From: the human T2T-CHM13v2.0 reference genome, Homo sapiens
Strand: one strand, 5' to 3'
NCBI RefSeq assembly: GCF_009914755.1
Contig: NC_060933.1
DNA length: 64,000 nucleotides
A program made the position numbers and the translations under genes. Under the pieces are notes generated by a model, which saw only the letters and a list, made by a program, of their open reading frames with translations, was not told where the DNA came from and did no database searches. Below, piece by piece: positions 1 through 16,725 of the stretch; the stretch's first letter is position 1; every line of letters starts with the position of its first letter.

Positions 1-631
1 CGGAGGAGCCTTTGAAGGACAGGCCAATAAAAGATCAGTGAAAATCCTTGTCTACAGATAAATAAAAAATAACCCTTTAGTTCTTTGTGGGGACATGCAA
101 ACCTCTTTAGGTTTCATTTGTCATTGGAATAGAAAGACCTTACAAAACCGCCGAGCACCTAAAGGAAAGAACCTAGTATCTGCACTGTTGGTGGAGAAAC
201 TTTGCAGGGGGACTTGATTTGAAACTCTCATCTGCTGTTACTTCTTTTCCCTCTGTAACTCTGCCACTTTGCCAGCTTTTAAAAAGAAATTCCGTACTCT
301 CTCCTTTACCTGCCACTGTCTGAGTTCTGCATCTGCTGAGACCTCTCTCTTGGCAGTATGCTTACCTGGTACGCTGACCTCTGCTTACAGAACATGTCAG
401 AGCCGAAATTATTTCTTCTTTAGCTAATAATTATTGAAAGGTTCAACTTCATGCACCACATTCTACAAAGAAGTTCATAGCCTCGGTCTGAAACATCATG
501 TCTTAGACCTTCTGGTCTGAAACGCTGGATAAGAGGTTCTACCCATAAAGAGCTATTCGATTGTGTTTGTGAATCCACTGGTGGACATTGATGGTATAAA
601 ACCCCATGAGGCCTGCCTTCTCCCTTCGCAG

Positions 632-866
632 GACAACCACCTGGAGAAGTTCTTCACCCTCTGCCACTCCCTGGAGAGCCAGGTGACCTTCCCCATCCGC
701 GTGCTGGATCAGAAAATCAGCGAGATGGCGCTGGAGCATGAGCTGAAGCTCAGCATCATCTGCCTGAACTCCTCCCGCCTGGAGCCGCTCGTGCTCTTCC
801 TGCACCTGGTGCTGGACAAGCTCTTCCAGCTGTCCGTGCAGCCCATGGTCATCGCTGGCCAGACAG
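632..866 (+). CDS. DOCK8: DOCK8 coding exon (1st in window, 235 nt; [17 protein letters not shown]...MVIAGQT)
   Basis: ttcgcag|GAC acceptor, CAG|gtatga donor; translation recognised as DOCK8/DOCK-C; frame continues into next exon. Confidence 0.96.
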
Positions 867-3315
867 GTATGAACCTGCAGGGCTGGGCTGGGAGGAGGCA
901 GGAGCAAGCAAGCATTGCCTTCTTTAATGAAAAATGACTTTCCAGAAATCCAGAGACAATGTGATCTTCCTTTCCACTGATGATGTGTGCTCAAGGGAGG
1001 CCAAGTCTTATGCTATTTTTTTTTGAGACTCTCTGCATGTTGGAAAGAAAAAGAAACATTAAAATAGGGTTCTTAATATTACAGCTTTTTGTAAACTTTA
1101 TTAAATGATTATAGGCAGTCTTTAAAATTCCATTTCTGGTAATTGATGAATTTATTTTACCTTGAAGATATTTTTGTTTTCTTGACTAACAGGAAATGGA
1201 ACATTTTAAGGTAAGACAACCTGTGTTAAATGGAGGGAAGGAACTCTCTACATTGAAATGCAATGCAATCAATTTTTAAAGTTAAAACATAAACTCACTA
1301 TTTTAAAGTGTATAGTTCATTGGTTTTTAGTATAGTCACAAGGTTGTGCAATGATCGCTACAATCTAGTTTTATAACATTTTCATCACCTCCAAATAAAA
1401 CCCCATCACTCCCTATTCATCCCTCCCCCTAGAACTCATCCGTTCTCTCTTACAGTCTATTTTAAATGCTTACTTTTAACAAGTTAACACTAAATACAAT
1501 GTGTACATTTTCCCTTAGAAATAATCTCAAAAGCTTATCCTGGAGGCATGACCAGAGTCCAGTGGTTCTCCTAACTCTTCCAGGGTAGACTGGCTGGTAT
1601 AGGGCATCTTTATTTGCCACCATTTTCAGCTGTGCCTATATAGCTCTTTGCTTTCCAGTCCAGCAGACGTCTTTTGGGTACCATCCATATGCCCAGTACT
1701 GTACTAAAAGTTGTAGGCTTTGTGACAATAACCAAGAGCATCTCAGACCTCAGAGGACTTATAATATGGCAAAGAGTCAGCAGCACAGGACAAGACTCCT
1801 CAAAGGGACACAGCTAAATTTTGCAGTGGTTGTGGGGAGGGTGGTATCAAAGGAGAGAGTGAGAAAACATCCATCTGGGAGGATGCAGGAGGTCCACATA
1901 AAGAGATGGCCTTGAAGAAGGGATAGAGTGAAAACCGACAGAATAGGGGCAATGAGATGAGTGCAGCACTGCAGAGAACCAGAAAAGTGTGGGAGTGTCA
2001 GGAAGAAAGTCAGTAGCACAGTTGGTGGTGGAACAGAAGCACGTGTGGAAGTGGGCTGGGACAATGAAGTGAGACGGCTTTTAGAGCCAGGGAGGGGCAT
2101 GTCCCCTTAATCTCTCACTCTGCTTTGCACCCTGATATGCATCTTCTGTGGTTCCACAGATCAAACGTCCTGTGTTGGAGGCTAACTTTTCATCCATGTA
2201 GCAGTTGCCTCTCCAGCTAGATTCTTGCAGAGCTCTGCCCTCCTTCGATTACTTTCTGTGCCCCCGCATATGTGGCACACTGCTTTGTATGTTCCAGCTA
2301 GTTAATACAGACTTGTTCACCAGACAAAAATATTTATATGTTTTGAGCAGCTTCTCCATAGCAAGTTGCCACCTTGTGGTGTGAGGACCACAGGGTGTTG
2401 GCATAGGCAGAATAAGTGGAGGTGGCTAGTCTACAAGCATTTATTCAGAACCTATTCTGTGTCTCTGCAATGGAAAGCACAGTGGGGGCACAAAAGATGT
2501 GAGAAATGCACTTCGCATGGGAAGGATTCCAGCTTTCACAGACAGACAGTTTACCACCAGACATGGCTGGAGAATCATGTAACTCAGTTTCACTTGAGCC
2601 CTGTACTGTGTGGAGTCAGACGGCTTCATGGAGGAGGTGGGACTTGTGCTGAGATTCACAGGGTCGGTATGATTTTGTGGATGGGAGTGAGGAGGGCTTC
2701 CTAGGCGAGGACAACAGCATGAGCAAAGTCTCAGAGGTAAGAGAGCAGGCATGATGGGACAATACAATGACTGCCTCATTTTAAGGGATGTCGAACTGAG
2801 CCAAAAAGGGTACAAGGTTAGATAAGTATATTGGAGCCAAACTATAGAGGCTTAGGGCACCAGAACAAGAGGTTCTATGCAGTAAATCAAATGTGTATGG
2901 GCCCACTGTGGGAATGACTTGATATGCAGACATTTTTAGGTTAATCTGTACAAGAATCAGGGTTGTGCAGCACATCTCAAATCATAGTGTCCACAACAGT
3001 CACGTGAGCATCTTGTAAAGATGCAGAACCTGATTAATACACTCTCTGGGGTGGGGCCTGAGATTCTGCATTTCTTAGTAGCAAGCAGGTGATAGTGGTC
3101 GTGTGTGTCCGCAGCCCCCACTGAGTAGCATCAGTTTACAACCTGGCTTAGAGAAGGAGGACGTCTGGACAGTCTTATGTCTTTGTCATTAAAAACCATC
3201 AATGCTATTCAGTGGCAGGAGGAGGAAGTTCAAAAGAGGGAATGTGGAGGCATCTGTGGTACTCAGAGCCAGCATGCCAGAGCTCACCAAAACCATCTAC
3301 CCTTCCCAGGCCTAG

Positions 3316-3654
<339 letters not shown>

Positions 3655-3677
3655 TAATCCAAAATAAAACATCCTAT

Positions 3678-4720
3678 GCTGGGTGCAGGGGCTCACATCT
3701 GCAACCCCAGCACTCTAGGAGGCTGAGATGGCAGGATCGCTTGGAGCAGTGGCTCACATCTGCAACCCCAGCACTCTAGGAGGCTGAGATGGCAGGATCG
3801 CTTGGAGCAGTGGCTCACATCTGCAACCCCAGCACTCTAGGAGGCTGAGATGGCAGGATCGCTTGGAGCAGTGGCTCACATCTGCAACCCCAGCACTCTA
3901 GGAGGCTGAGATGGCAGGATCGCTTGGAGCAGTGGCTCACATCTGCAACCCCAGCACTCTAGGAGGCTGAGATGGCAGGATCGCTTGGAGCAGTGGCTCA
4001 CATCTGCAACCCCAGCACTCTAGGAGGCTGAGATGGCAGGATCGCTTGGAGCAGTGGCTCACATCTGCAACCCCAGCACTCTAGGAGGCTGAGATGGCAG
4101 GATCGCTTGGAGCAGTGGCTCACATCTGCAACCCCAGCACTCTAGGAGGCTGAGATGGCAGGATCGCTTGGAGCAGTGGCTCACATCTGCAACCCCAGCA
4201 CTCTAGGAGGCTGAGATGGCAGGATCGCTTGGAGCAGTGGCTCACATCTGCAACCCCAGCACTCTAGGAGGCTGAGATGGCAGGATCGCTTGGAGCAGTG
4301 GCTCACATCTGCAACCCCAGCACTCTAGGAGGCTGAGATGGCAGGATCGCTTGGAGCAGTGGCTCACATCTGCAACCCCAGCACTCTAGGAGGCTGAGAT
4401 GGCAGGATCGCTTGGAGCAGTGGCTCACATCTGCAACCCCAGCACTCTAGGAGGCTGAGATGGCAGGATCGCCTGGAGCCAGAAGTTGGAGACCAGCCCA
4501 GGGAACATAATGAGACTCTGTCTCTACAAAAAATATAAAAATTAGCAGAGCATGGTGGCACATACCTTTAGTCCCAGCTACTCAGGAAGAAGCTGAGGCA
4601 GGAGGATCATTTAAGCCCAGGAGTTGGAGGCTGCAGTGAGCTATGATTGCACCACTGCACTCCAGCCTGGGAAACAGAGCGAGATCCCATCTCTTAAAAC
4701 AAACAAACAAACAAACAAAC
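3678..4720 (+). mobile_element. Old (AluJ-like) Alu whose left arm carries an internal tandem expansion
   Basis: Alu 5' end GCTGGGTGCAG..., right arm GAGGCTGCAGTGAGCTATGATTGCACCACTGCACTCCAGCC, (CAAA)n tail. Confidence 0.9.
3690..4479 (+). repeat. 61-bp minisatellite, ~13 near-identical copies, derived from Alu left arm
   Basis: GGCTCACATC starts at 3690, 3751 ... 4422 (12 intervals of exactly 61 bp). Confidence 0.97.
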
Positions 4721-5266
4721 ACCCTAAAATTCCATTTTCGTTTTCAGGACAATACAAAACTTACATGAATGCTGAAATTATGTGTTTCTTTATAGATCTT
4801 TCTTCCTCCCTCCTTGCCTCTTTTTATGCTCTAAACACTTATTTTGTCTGCCCATTTGATAATCCCTCACTGGTCTTTACCCACTTGCTAATTTATGATT
4901 CAGCTGAGAATCTCTTTTTTAAGATGGAGAAGTGGTGACTGATGCCTACGATTCTAGTATAATAAAGGAAATAATATATATCCAATGGCAGTGGTTCTTA
5001 AACTTTTTGTTATTAAAAAAAATCCCTTTTCACATTTCCCTCAAACTGAACTATTGAAATAATAGTAATGCATTTCCCCAACTCTTCTTAATTATTTACA
5101 TAAGTAATAATCAAGTAGAACTTCTTGTCAGCATGATATAAAAATTAGTGTCAGTGAGTTCACAAAATTGCAGGCCCAAATAAACATGACACTTTTGTTG
5201 GTCTGTGCAGCCTCATTTCTAGTAAATCTGAAAATTTGATTGAGTTTTTAAAAATACTAGTGATGT

Positions 5267-5621
<355 letters not shown>

Positions 5622-6080
5622 TTAAAGATGAAAAACAGTGCTGTATACATCATATACCGTAATCCTCACAAGGTTCAGATGACTCTATGGATTTTTGAAT
5701 CTGAGAAAACCTCACTGCATGAATTGTAAAGTTGTCATTTAAATATTGACAAATTAAAAATATCCACATTTTTAGCTTCTCATGAGAAATCAGAAGCTCT
5801 AGCAACCCTGGGGTCCATTTCCCGATGGCAGTAATAGACTGGAGCCAGTAGTACCCCCTGCCTTTGTAAGAGGCATGTGTTGGCTGTTTACCATGATCTC
5901 CACCACTCCCTGGTGCCTTATGCCCCATCTACTTCTCTCCAAAAGATTGCCTCCTACCCCAACCGGGATTTGTTAAGAAGTCTCTAATTCCAAGGCCTAA
6001 TCCGGTGGCTTTTCATCCACCCTATCCCTCTTCAATTCCTTCTTAAACTCAGTAAGTAACTCTGTTCCCCTGTCTGTTGA

Positions 6081-6395
<315 letters not shown>

Positions 6396-6690
6396 TAATG
6401 CTGAGCTTTGGAGTGATTAACGTTCTTTAGAACAGATTAAGACCATTCTGACAGATGCAGCAGCAAGACCAGCATCTGAGGATTTGCTGAGAACTACTTA
6501 GCTTGGGTAGCAAAGTTTTAAAGTATCAGGGGTTTAGCCACATGGAGTCATGTGGCTAAACCATGCATTTTATTTTCAAGGAAAAAAAATAGCTTTAACT
6601 TTTGATACCTGGAAAGGTTGCCTTTAATTTAGTTTTGTTTCTTTAATACCTACCTCTTACGTTCATTAACATCACAGATTGATTATCTCA

Positions 6691-7326
<636 letters not shown>

Positions 7327-8230
7327 AGGAGCAATGCCAAATTTTACAAGCATATAAAAACTGACATCCTGAGAGGGTTGATGGCTTGCCCTATGTTGTT
7401 TTTCCCTCTATGAATTCTTTATTTTTTTCATGGTAAAGCTTTACTTTCAGAACAGTTTTAGAGTTATGGAATTATATACTCTATACCCAGTCTCTCCTTT
7501 ATTAACATTTTACATTCAAATGGTACTTTTGGCACAATTAGTGAACCAATATTCATGGAATATTATTCATTAAGTTCATCTTTATTCACACCTTCTCAGT
7601 TTTTCTCTAATGTCCTTTTTCTGTCCCAGGATCCCATTCTGAATGCCATATTACATTTTGCAGTCTTGCCTCCATAGGCTCCTCTTGCTGGAAACAATTT
7701 CTTAGACTTTCTTTGTTCTTCATGACCTTAACAGTTTTGAGGAGTGATGGTCAAGTATTTTGTAGATTGTCTCTCATTAGGAATTTTTTAAAGATTATGA
7801 TATTATTCACATACCATAAAATTCACCCTTTTTTAAAAGATGGAGTATACGATCCAACAGTCTTTAATCTACTCACAAAGCTACCACGATGAATTCTTAG
7901 CCTGAATTTTTTCTCCAATGATCTGTGGCCTCAGGGTGGCCGAGCTATTAGAGTAATATCATTTCCCCTGATAAAGAGAAATCAAAATCTCTAGGTTTAG
8001 ACACAGACACAGTTTCACCCTTACAAATTCCAGCCACTTGACACTGTGTGGTGTGAGGAAGGAAATCTGCAGGCCAGGGTTTGGGGCTGGGCGCCAATAC
8101 TGCCCCGCTGTGTGGCCATGGGAAAGTCATGTAACTGTGCTGGGCCTCATGTCCTCATCTCTGCAGAGGTCCTGGTCCCTGAATGAACTTAAGAACCATC
8201 TACCCTGGGTCTTTTAAAAACACTGGATTT

Positions 8231-8545
8231 GGCCGGGCACCGTGGCTCATGCCAGTAATCCCAGCACTTTCGGAGGCTGAGGCGGGCAGATCACGAGGTC
8301 AGGAGATCGAGACCATCCTGGCTAACACGGTGAAACCCCGTCTCTACTAAAAATACAAAAAATTAGCCGGGCGTGGTGGCGGGCGCCTGTAATCCCAGCT
8401 ACTCAGGAGGCTGAGGCAGGAGAATGGCGTGAACCCGGGAGGCGGAGCTTGCAGTAAGCCAAGATCGTGCCACCGCACTCCAGCCTGGGCAGCAGAGCGA
8501 GACTACGTCTAAAAAAATAAAAATAAATAAAAAATAAATGAAAAA
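8231..8545 (+). mobile_element. AluY
   Basis: diagnostic GATCGAGACCATCCTGGCTAACACGG and GGCGTGAACCCGGGAGGCGGAGCTTGCAG; TSD core CACTGGATT. Confidence 0.93.
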
Positions 8546-9926
8546 ACCACTGGATTCACCCCCTGAGATGCTGATGATCTGTAGTTTGAGCCATCAGGAA
8601 TTATTCGTATTCTATCCTTTTTGACTTACAAAAATCAGTTCAGGGATGTGCTGGAGTGAGCTCATACCTGTTCCCAAAAGCTGATTGCTTAGTTTTCCAG
8701 AATTTTTTGAGCCAGTTTTGAAACAGACATTGTTAAAATTAAATCGTATAAACTTAAAATTAAATAAGTTATATTAAAAACAAAGGTAATCTGAATGCAA
8801 TGTGGTATGCTAGATTGTATCCTGGAACAGAAATAGGACATGAGTGCAAAAACTGGTGAAATCCGAGTCGTTCGTGTTTAGTTAATAGTAACATATCAAT
8901 GTTAGTTTCTTAGTTTTGACAAATGTACCTTACTATAAAAGATATTAAGAGAAATGCAATGAAAGTCATATAAGAAATACTACCTTTGTAACTTCTCTGT
9001 AAATCTAATAATAACTATACAACTTATACTTCAAAATTAAAAGTTCACTTTAAAAAGGTAAACCTAGTCCCTTCCTAATAATTTCACTATATGCTACAAT
9101 ATCTAAGTTCTTCCTTCTTTACGTTTACTGTGTCTGTGTGATGGAAATATTATATAATGGTTTGCTACCACACTGCATTTCTATGACATCGTGTTGGTAG
9201 ATTGAAATCAGTTATGATGAAAGTATTTGTGGCACAAAAATTGGCAAATGCTACAAATTACCCCTACCCCCCTGACAACTGGTTGTTAAACATTTGCCAG
9301 CACAACACAACTCAGCCTCATATTGAAAGCCCCTTTCAGTAATACCACTTTCTGATCACCCAGGAAAGAAGTGGTCTGCAGCTATTACTGACAGCCTTGA
9401 TCTTTCTATTTTTCTTTAATAAAATGAAAATATTAAATTTTTATGTGGACAGGGTTAGCAATTTTCGAATTATTTTGTTGCATGGGGAGAAAATGTCTGA
9501 TAGAGCATGAGCACTCCACTTCCCTTCAGAGGTAGTTTTTGACAATGTATTGGTGTTTAGGAGACAGCGTGGTGCAGTACCGTACTAAACCACAGAGAGA
9601 CACTGTTCCCACACATTTTTTCCTGGCGTCCCCTGAAGTCACAGACTCCTAGAAGGGACTACTCAGCAGCCCAGATTCTTAAATAGTTTTTAACTGTAGG
9701 TTGCTACACACAAACTATTAACGGGTGTTGTCTCAAGAGCAAGTAAAATTAGGTATAACTTCACTGTCTTTGCTTTGTTTTATATTTACTTATGGCAATT
9801 GTTTTACCTTTGTAACCAGGAAAAAAAATATGTATAAAAAAATGAATTCTGAGGTTGTGATTTCCAGATGTCTGGCTTACCTTTCCATGGTTGGTTGACT
9901 GTTAAGCCATGGTTTGTGTATTTTAG

Positions 9927-10040
<114 letters not shown>

Positions 10041-10216
10041 TGAGGTTCATCCCAGGATAAGAACAGAAGGATTTCCTCATGCCCTCACACTGTGCTTGGG
10101 AATAGTCAAAGTGCTCCCCTGCCTGTCCCTGATGTGCTAACACACACACACCCCACACACACTTTTGCAGCCCTGTCCTTTACGCCACATTTGACCACCT
10201 AATTGCCCATTAACTC

Positions 10217-10396
10217 AGTGTTTCTCCCACTTTCTCATGCATCAGAATTACCTGGAAGCCTTGTTAAAACTCATCGCTGGACCCTACCTCCTGAGTTTCT
10301 GATTCAATAGATCTGAGCTGGAGGCTCAAGAATTTGCATTTCTAACAAGTTCCCAGCTGATGCTGGTCCAGGGACCACATTTTGAGAACCACTGCA
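10217..10396. mobile_element. MER5-type hAT-Charlie DNA transposon fossil
   Basis: CAGTGTTTCTC...GAGAACCACTG termini; TGCATTTCTAACAAGTTCCCA core. Confidence 0.75.
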
Positions 10397-10757
10397 TTGG
10401 CCTCCTTTTAGTAGAGGGAAAGCTGGGCACAAGTCATCCTTGACAAAAGTGAATGGCAATAATTAGGTATCATTTGTTTCAATACCATATAAACTAATAT
10501 GAAATGCTTCCTCATAATTCTTCACAATCAGCCTTACCTATGAGTTCAGAAACTTTAAAAGCTGTTAAACTGCTTACCAGGATTTTTAAAGCAACAAAAT
10601 TCCCCAATCATAGTCCCAGCCTATGTGGTCTGAGGGATGGAGGGAAAAAAAACTGTCTGCCCTAATTTCCTCTCTTCTAGGCACTCAAGAATCTCACCAT
10701 TATAGTAGCTACTTAAGTTTTTAATGTCTTTGAAGACCTGTATTAAAATGTAAATAT

Positions 10758-11073
<316 letters not shown>

Positions 11074-12149
11074 TTATTGCAAAGGATAACACAGGAAGCC
11101 ATTTGCAAGAGCTGACATCACAGGGAAATGTTTATTAAACAGGCAAGGAGGGAATGAGCCTCCCCAAGTCTCCCTTTGGACTGGATGAGGGAAAGACCAA
11201 GTGTGGGAGGGCCGGGGCCTGGTGCTGTGCACTTTGCAGTATTCCAGGCACCATATGTCTAGTGAGAGGTACCAGGATTTAACTATAAAAGGAAAAGTGA
11301 AAAAAGATATGGTTAGGCTAAAAACAAATTAGTCCACTTGCTCTAAAATTTAATATTAGGCTATCACAGGCCCTATGCAGTGACTGGTTATAGGTATTAT
11401 ACCATTTTCCTTTCTTAAAAACCATTATTTGCCTACAGCCTGACTTCTTTAACCCATGTCCTGTTTGGTTTCGCAGTTGCCATGTTTTGACTTGAAATGA
11501 CCAGAATAGAGACATTTTATTTCAAAGGGAAGTTTGGCCAATATGTTTCCTTAATACCTTAGCAGACAGAGTTTTGCTGCTTGGCTATTTTATATAACCT
11601 CCAGAGCAAGGTGTTCTTGTAATAATGCTGCCCAGAAAGCAGCATGAATTACTTTAAGAAGCAGCTTATCCTTGTCTAATCTCTTCTTGCCATAAGACCC
11701 TGGCAGACAAACTGACCTATTTTCTAGAGGCGACCTTTGAAGCTGGGGGAGCATGTCTTTCCTACAATGAGAAGATCAAGGTGTAGTCCAGTTATAATAT
11801 GTGCACAGTTAGACCACCTGCTAGACTAAAACTCAACCCCACGCCTCTCTCAAGTGAGACAGCTTCACTTCAGACTCACAACAGCAAACAAATGTGTTAA
11901 CGCATATTAAAATTATTAAGGTTTGACTAACCTCACAAAACGAAGTGAAACCAGTCGATAAGCTGAAACACCTAAGCATTCTCCATTCCTCACCACTAAC
12001 CCGCCTGGGATCTAATTGGTTAAAATACCCAAGCATGTATACAGAGATTTTCCTTTTGTCATCTTTTAGTTTAGCTAAGTAGCTCTCAAATTTTAATGTA
12101 CGCAAGAATTAGTACATTGGGTTGCATGCGTACTGGACTCTGTGGGTAA

Positions 12150-12449
<300 letters not shown>

Positions 12450-13160
12450 CTCTGTGGATAATTTAAACGACTGTCAAGAGCAATGTTTGCTGTAATCAGT
12501 TTTTGCTTTAGGTGTTGACTTTAAAACTTAATTTGCAAATAAGGATATGATATTAGGGTGTTCAAATAGCTTTAGCTTTCTTACCTACTTTCTTACCAGA
12601 AAAAAAAAATGAGTTTATCTACGTTTATTCCAGGTTTTGTGGGCATAAGATGAAAGAAAACCACAGAAAATTCCCAGACATCATTTTTGGCATTAATTAG
12701 GGTGACCAACTGTTCTCATTTGCCCAGGACTGAGGGAGTCCCCAAGATGTAAGGTTTTCTATTTTAGGACCAGGACATTATCAGGCACACTGTAATGGAT
12801 TGATTGCCCTACCTTTAGTCTTGAACTTCTTCCTCATCAAAATGATTGTCAGGAATATGAACACATAGCCAGATATGCTGTAGAATGGAAAAGGTATAAG
12901 TCACCCTGTGCACTATTTGCTACTGAGCAGTAGGTGACTTGAAGGGAAGTGAAGACGCAAAGTGGAGCTGGGGGACTTTCCAAGCATCTGGCCCTGGGAC
13001 ATAGACATTTAGATGTTGTAAGTTAAGGCTGATACTACTATGCCTTTCAGAGCCCAAGATCCTCTCATAAACCCCACCGATCCTGCTTCCCACAATGCCA
13101 TATGGGCATTATAAAAACAAAAATTGTCCAGTCTCCTAGAGAGTTTAGACACCATCTAGA

Positions 13161-13185
13161 CAGTGGTCCCTAAAGTGTAACCCTG

Positions 13186-13217
<32 letters not shown>

Positions 13218-13643
13218 CCCAGGAACTTGTTAGAAATGCAAATTCCCAGGCTATTGAATCAGAATATCTGGGGGTGGGGCCCCCCAGTCTGTGTTTCATC
13301 AGGCCCTGCAGGAGATTCTGATACACAGAGGCCGGGCGTAGTGGCTCACACCCGTAATCCCAGCACTTTGGGAGGCCAAGGCGGGTGGATTGCTTGAGCT
13401 CAGGAGTTTGAGACTAAGTGGGCAGCATGGCGAAACCCCATCTCTACCAAAAAAAAAGAAAAAAGAAAAAACTAGCTGGGCTTGGTGGTGCACGCCTTTA
13501 GTCCCAGCTACTTGGGACTAAAGTAGGTGGGAGGATTGCTTGAGCCAGGGAAGTTGCAGTGAGCGAGATTACGCCACCGCATTCCAGCCTGGGCGACAGA
13601 GTGCAGCCCTATCTCAAAAAAAAAAAAAGTTTGAGAACTGCTG
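13161..13643. mobile_element. MER5A-like fossil containing (CAG)9 and split by an Alu (13330-13628, +)
   Basis: CAGTGGTCCCTAAAGTGT...GGAACTTGTTAGAAATGCAAATT; terminal AAGTTTGAGAACTGCTG resumes after the Alu tail. Confidence 0.8.
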
Positions 13644-14066
13644 CCACCAACCAACTGATTTTATGGATGAGAAAACTGAGGGTGAAGAGAGGAATGGCTT
13701 GCACATGGTCACACAGAGAGTTTTCAGCAGGACCCAAGAGGAAAGTAAGACAGTACCAGTTTTAATGGCTACCCAGAATGTTTCCCCCGTAGAATAGAGT
13801 TTCACTCCCAGGCTGAGTCCACTCCCTCAGATGTGTCTGTCCTGTGCAGCACTGACCCCAGCCTTCTATGCACCGAAATGTCCTCCAGTCTCAGGTGATC
13901 TCAGCACTGACTTTGCCATCCACCACTTACTGCCTAGAACATCTAAGACACATGCTTCAGGAACGAACAAGCTATTAAATTGGGGGGAATAAAAGAAAAG
14001 AAAAAAAGTGTTGGTGAATAATAATAGCCTTTGTTTCACAGCCTAATTTTTGTGGTTCTTATTTAG

Positions 14067-14195
<129 letters not shown>

Positions 14196-14289
14196 TAGGC
14201 CAAGAGAAGCACACAGCAGAAAGGAATTGACATTTTGTTCACTGAGTTGCCCCTGCTGAAAACCTGGGGTGGTTTCTTGAAATCTAATA

Positions 14290-15050
14290 ATCTCTCACCC
14301 CTCCCATCCTTCTTCCACTAAATTGTGTTGCTTCTACCATGAAAATCTATCGCCGTCCTGTGAGTTCTCATCACCTTCACCACTCTCCACCTGGCCACAC
14401 ACCATCATCTCTCATGTGCCTCTCGCAGTGACATCCTCTTTTTCCTGCCTGTATCCATTTTTGCTCTTGGCCCACCCATTCTGCACATGGCAGCCAATAC
14501 TAAACAGAGAATGTCACGCTCCTTTTAAAAACCGATCGATGATTTTCACTGCACTGAGAAGAAAGCACAAATTTTTATCATGACCTAAAAAGCCCTTGTA
14601 TGATTCTGTTGTTTTCCTCCCTCTCTAACCTCATCTCACGCCACATTCCCCCATCATTCAGCCACATGGTCCTCTTTTGGTGCTTTGAAGATGCCAAGGC
14701 CATTTTGGCCTCACAGCCTTTTCCAGATTCTCTTCCTGCTCCCTAACTTTCACCTCCGCACCCCCAACACACACAGTTTCTATTCTTCTCTGTAGATTTC
14801 AGCTTCAGTGGAACCATCCCCAAGAGGCCTTTTCTGACCACCTAATACTGTAATATATCTTCCTCTATTATCCTCCTTCTGAGCACCCTATTTATTTCTT
14901 TCCTAGTGGTTATCACAATTTCTAATTGTTTTTTCTGTCTCAGCGGTTAGATTTTCAGGATTTGGGTCTCTCTTGTGTATTATCCCATCTCTAGCCTCAG
15001 CACACTGCTTGGTACCATGCAAGGCCCAATTAATATCTGTTGGAAAACAG
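14290..15050. mobile_element. Degraded L2-like LINE fragment
   Basis: pyrimidine-rich sequence resembling the L2 3' region by eye; boundaries approximate. Confidence 0.5.
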
Positions 15051-15452
15051 AATGAAATTTGTATATCTGTTTATCCTAAAACTTCTACCATTACTCGAGC
15101 AGAAAAGCAAAAGGTATAGCCATAATACCTTAATTTTAAAATAAGGGGAATAATAGTGATAACTATTTTTTTGTTTAATTATTAATGGAAGCAAAAGGAT
15201 TTTCCCATAGAGGCACTAAAAATAAACATTTTCTCAATGTTGATAAACAGAGATGCATAATGAGATGATGTTGAATGAAAGAGGTCTAAAGACATAGACA
15301 CCAACTATATAAAAATATATATGCAAACAGTTCAGAGGATTTGGAGTAGGTTGAGATTTAGTGATAATGTTAGCTTTATATTCATTGGGTTCTTTCCCCT
15401 GTCCCATTAAGTGAATCTTTTTTTTTTTTTTTTTTTTTTTAAAGAGAGTCTA

Positions 15453-15759
<307 letters not shown>

Positions 15760-16505
15760 CTAAAGAGATGGGAGGGGTTCCACCTAAGCTCTAGTTTTTG
15801 TATGTAAGTTGAAGCCCAAGAAAAAGGGAGAAATGCTGAACAATAGGACACAGAGAACAAAGGGCAAAGGAAACAAATGAACCATCCACTGGGGAGGAAA
15901 TAGGAAGCAATGTGGAATAGAGTTCAGAAGAAGTCAGGTTCATGCCACAGAAACACACCCAGGATTCAAATCCCATGAAGTTTTGCAAAGTCCCAACCTC
16001 TGTTTTGAGAAGGGTCCCAAAGCATGGTCCCAAATCCTTGCCACAGAACCACCTGGAGGTGCTTAGTAAAAATAAAGCAGAGATTCTTTCTCAAAGCACT
16101 AAAATTAGGAGGCTGGAGGCCAGCATTGTGCATTTACCTGTCTTCTCAGGTGACTTCTAAGCCTGTTAATGATCCACTGGTCTACACCACCTCTGTTCTG
16201 TGAATCCTATACAGAGCTACAGGTCTTTTGGAATTTGTACTCAGACAACACCAGAATTTTTTTTTCATTCCAAAAGCCGAGCTAATTAAGGTGGTGGCTG
16301 CAGCTCACAAGTCTTGGGGCAAGAGCATTAACAATGAGACATGAGCTCCATGCTCTGGCAGGAAAGGGACTGGGCCATAAGACCCATTCCCCTCTTGTTT
16401 CTTGAGGCATGAGAAGTATCAAAACCGTCACCCCATGCCCTTTATATCCTGCTTCTATTTACACATCCCACCCACCATCATGTCTCTCCATAAAGAAGAT
16501 TCACT

Positions 16506-16681
16506 CAGCCTAGCTCTGCAAAAATGAAAAAATTACCTGGGTGTGGTAACATGTGCTTGTAGTCTCAGTTACTCAGCAGGCTGAGGCAGGAGCGTCACTG
16601 GAGCCTAGGAGTTCAAGGCTGCAGTGAGCCTTGATCATGCCATTGCACTCCAGCCTGGGCAACAGATTGAGACCCTGTCTC

Positions 16682-16712
<31 letters not shown>

Positions 16713-16725
16713 AGAAGAAGAAGAA
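16506..16725 (+). mobile_element. 5'-truncated AluJ/FRAM-like right arm with long A tail and (GAA)5
   Basis: TSD AAGAAGATTCACT on both sides. Confidence 0.85.

Noticed and set aside
539-994. 151-aa antisense ORF overlapping the first exon
   Set aside because: Shadow ORF of a GC3-rich coding exon; no independent support
3690-4479. 61-bp repeat array as a CRISPR-like locus
   Set aside because: Units are contiguous and identical with no unique spacers, the sequence is Alu-derived, and the context is a human intron
13189-13215. (CAG)9 as a pathogenic repeat expansion or polyQ
   Set aside because: Intronic and far below disease-range lengths
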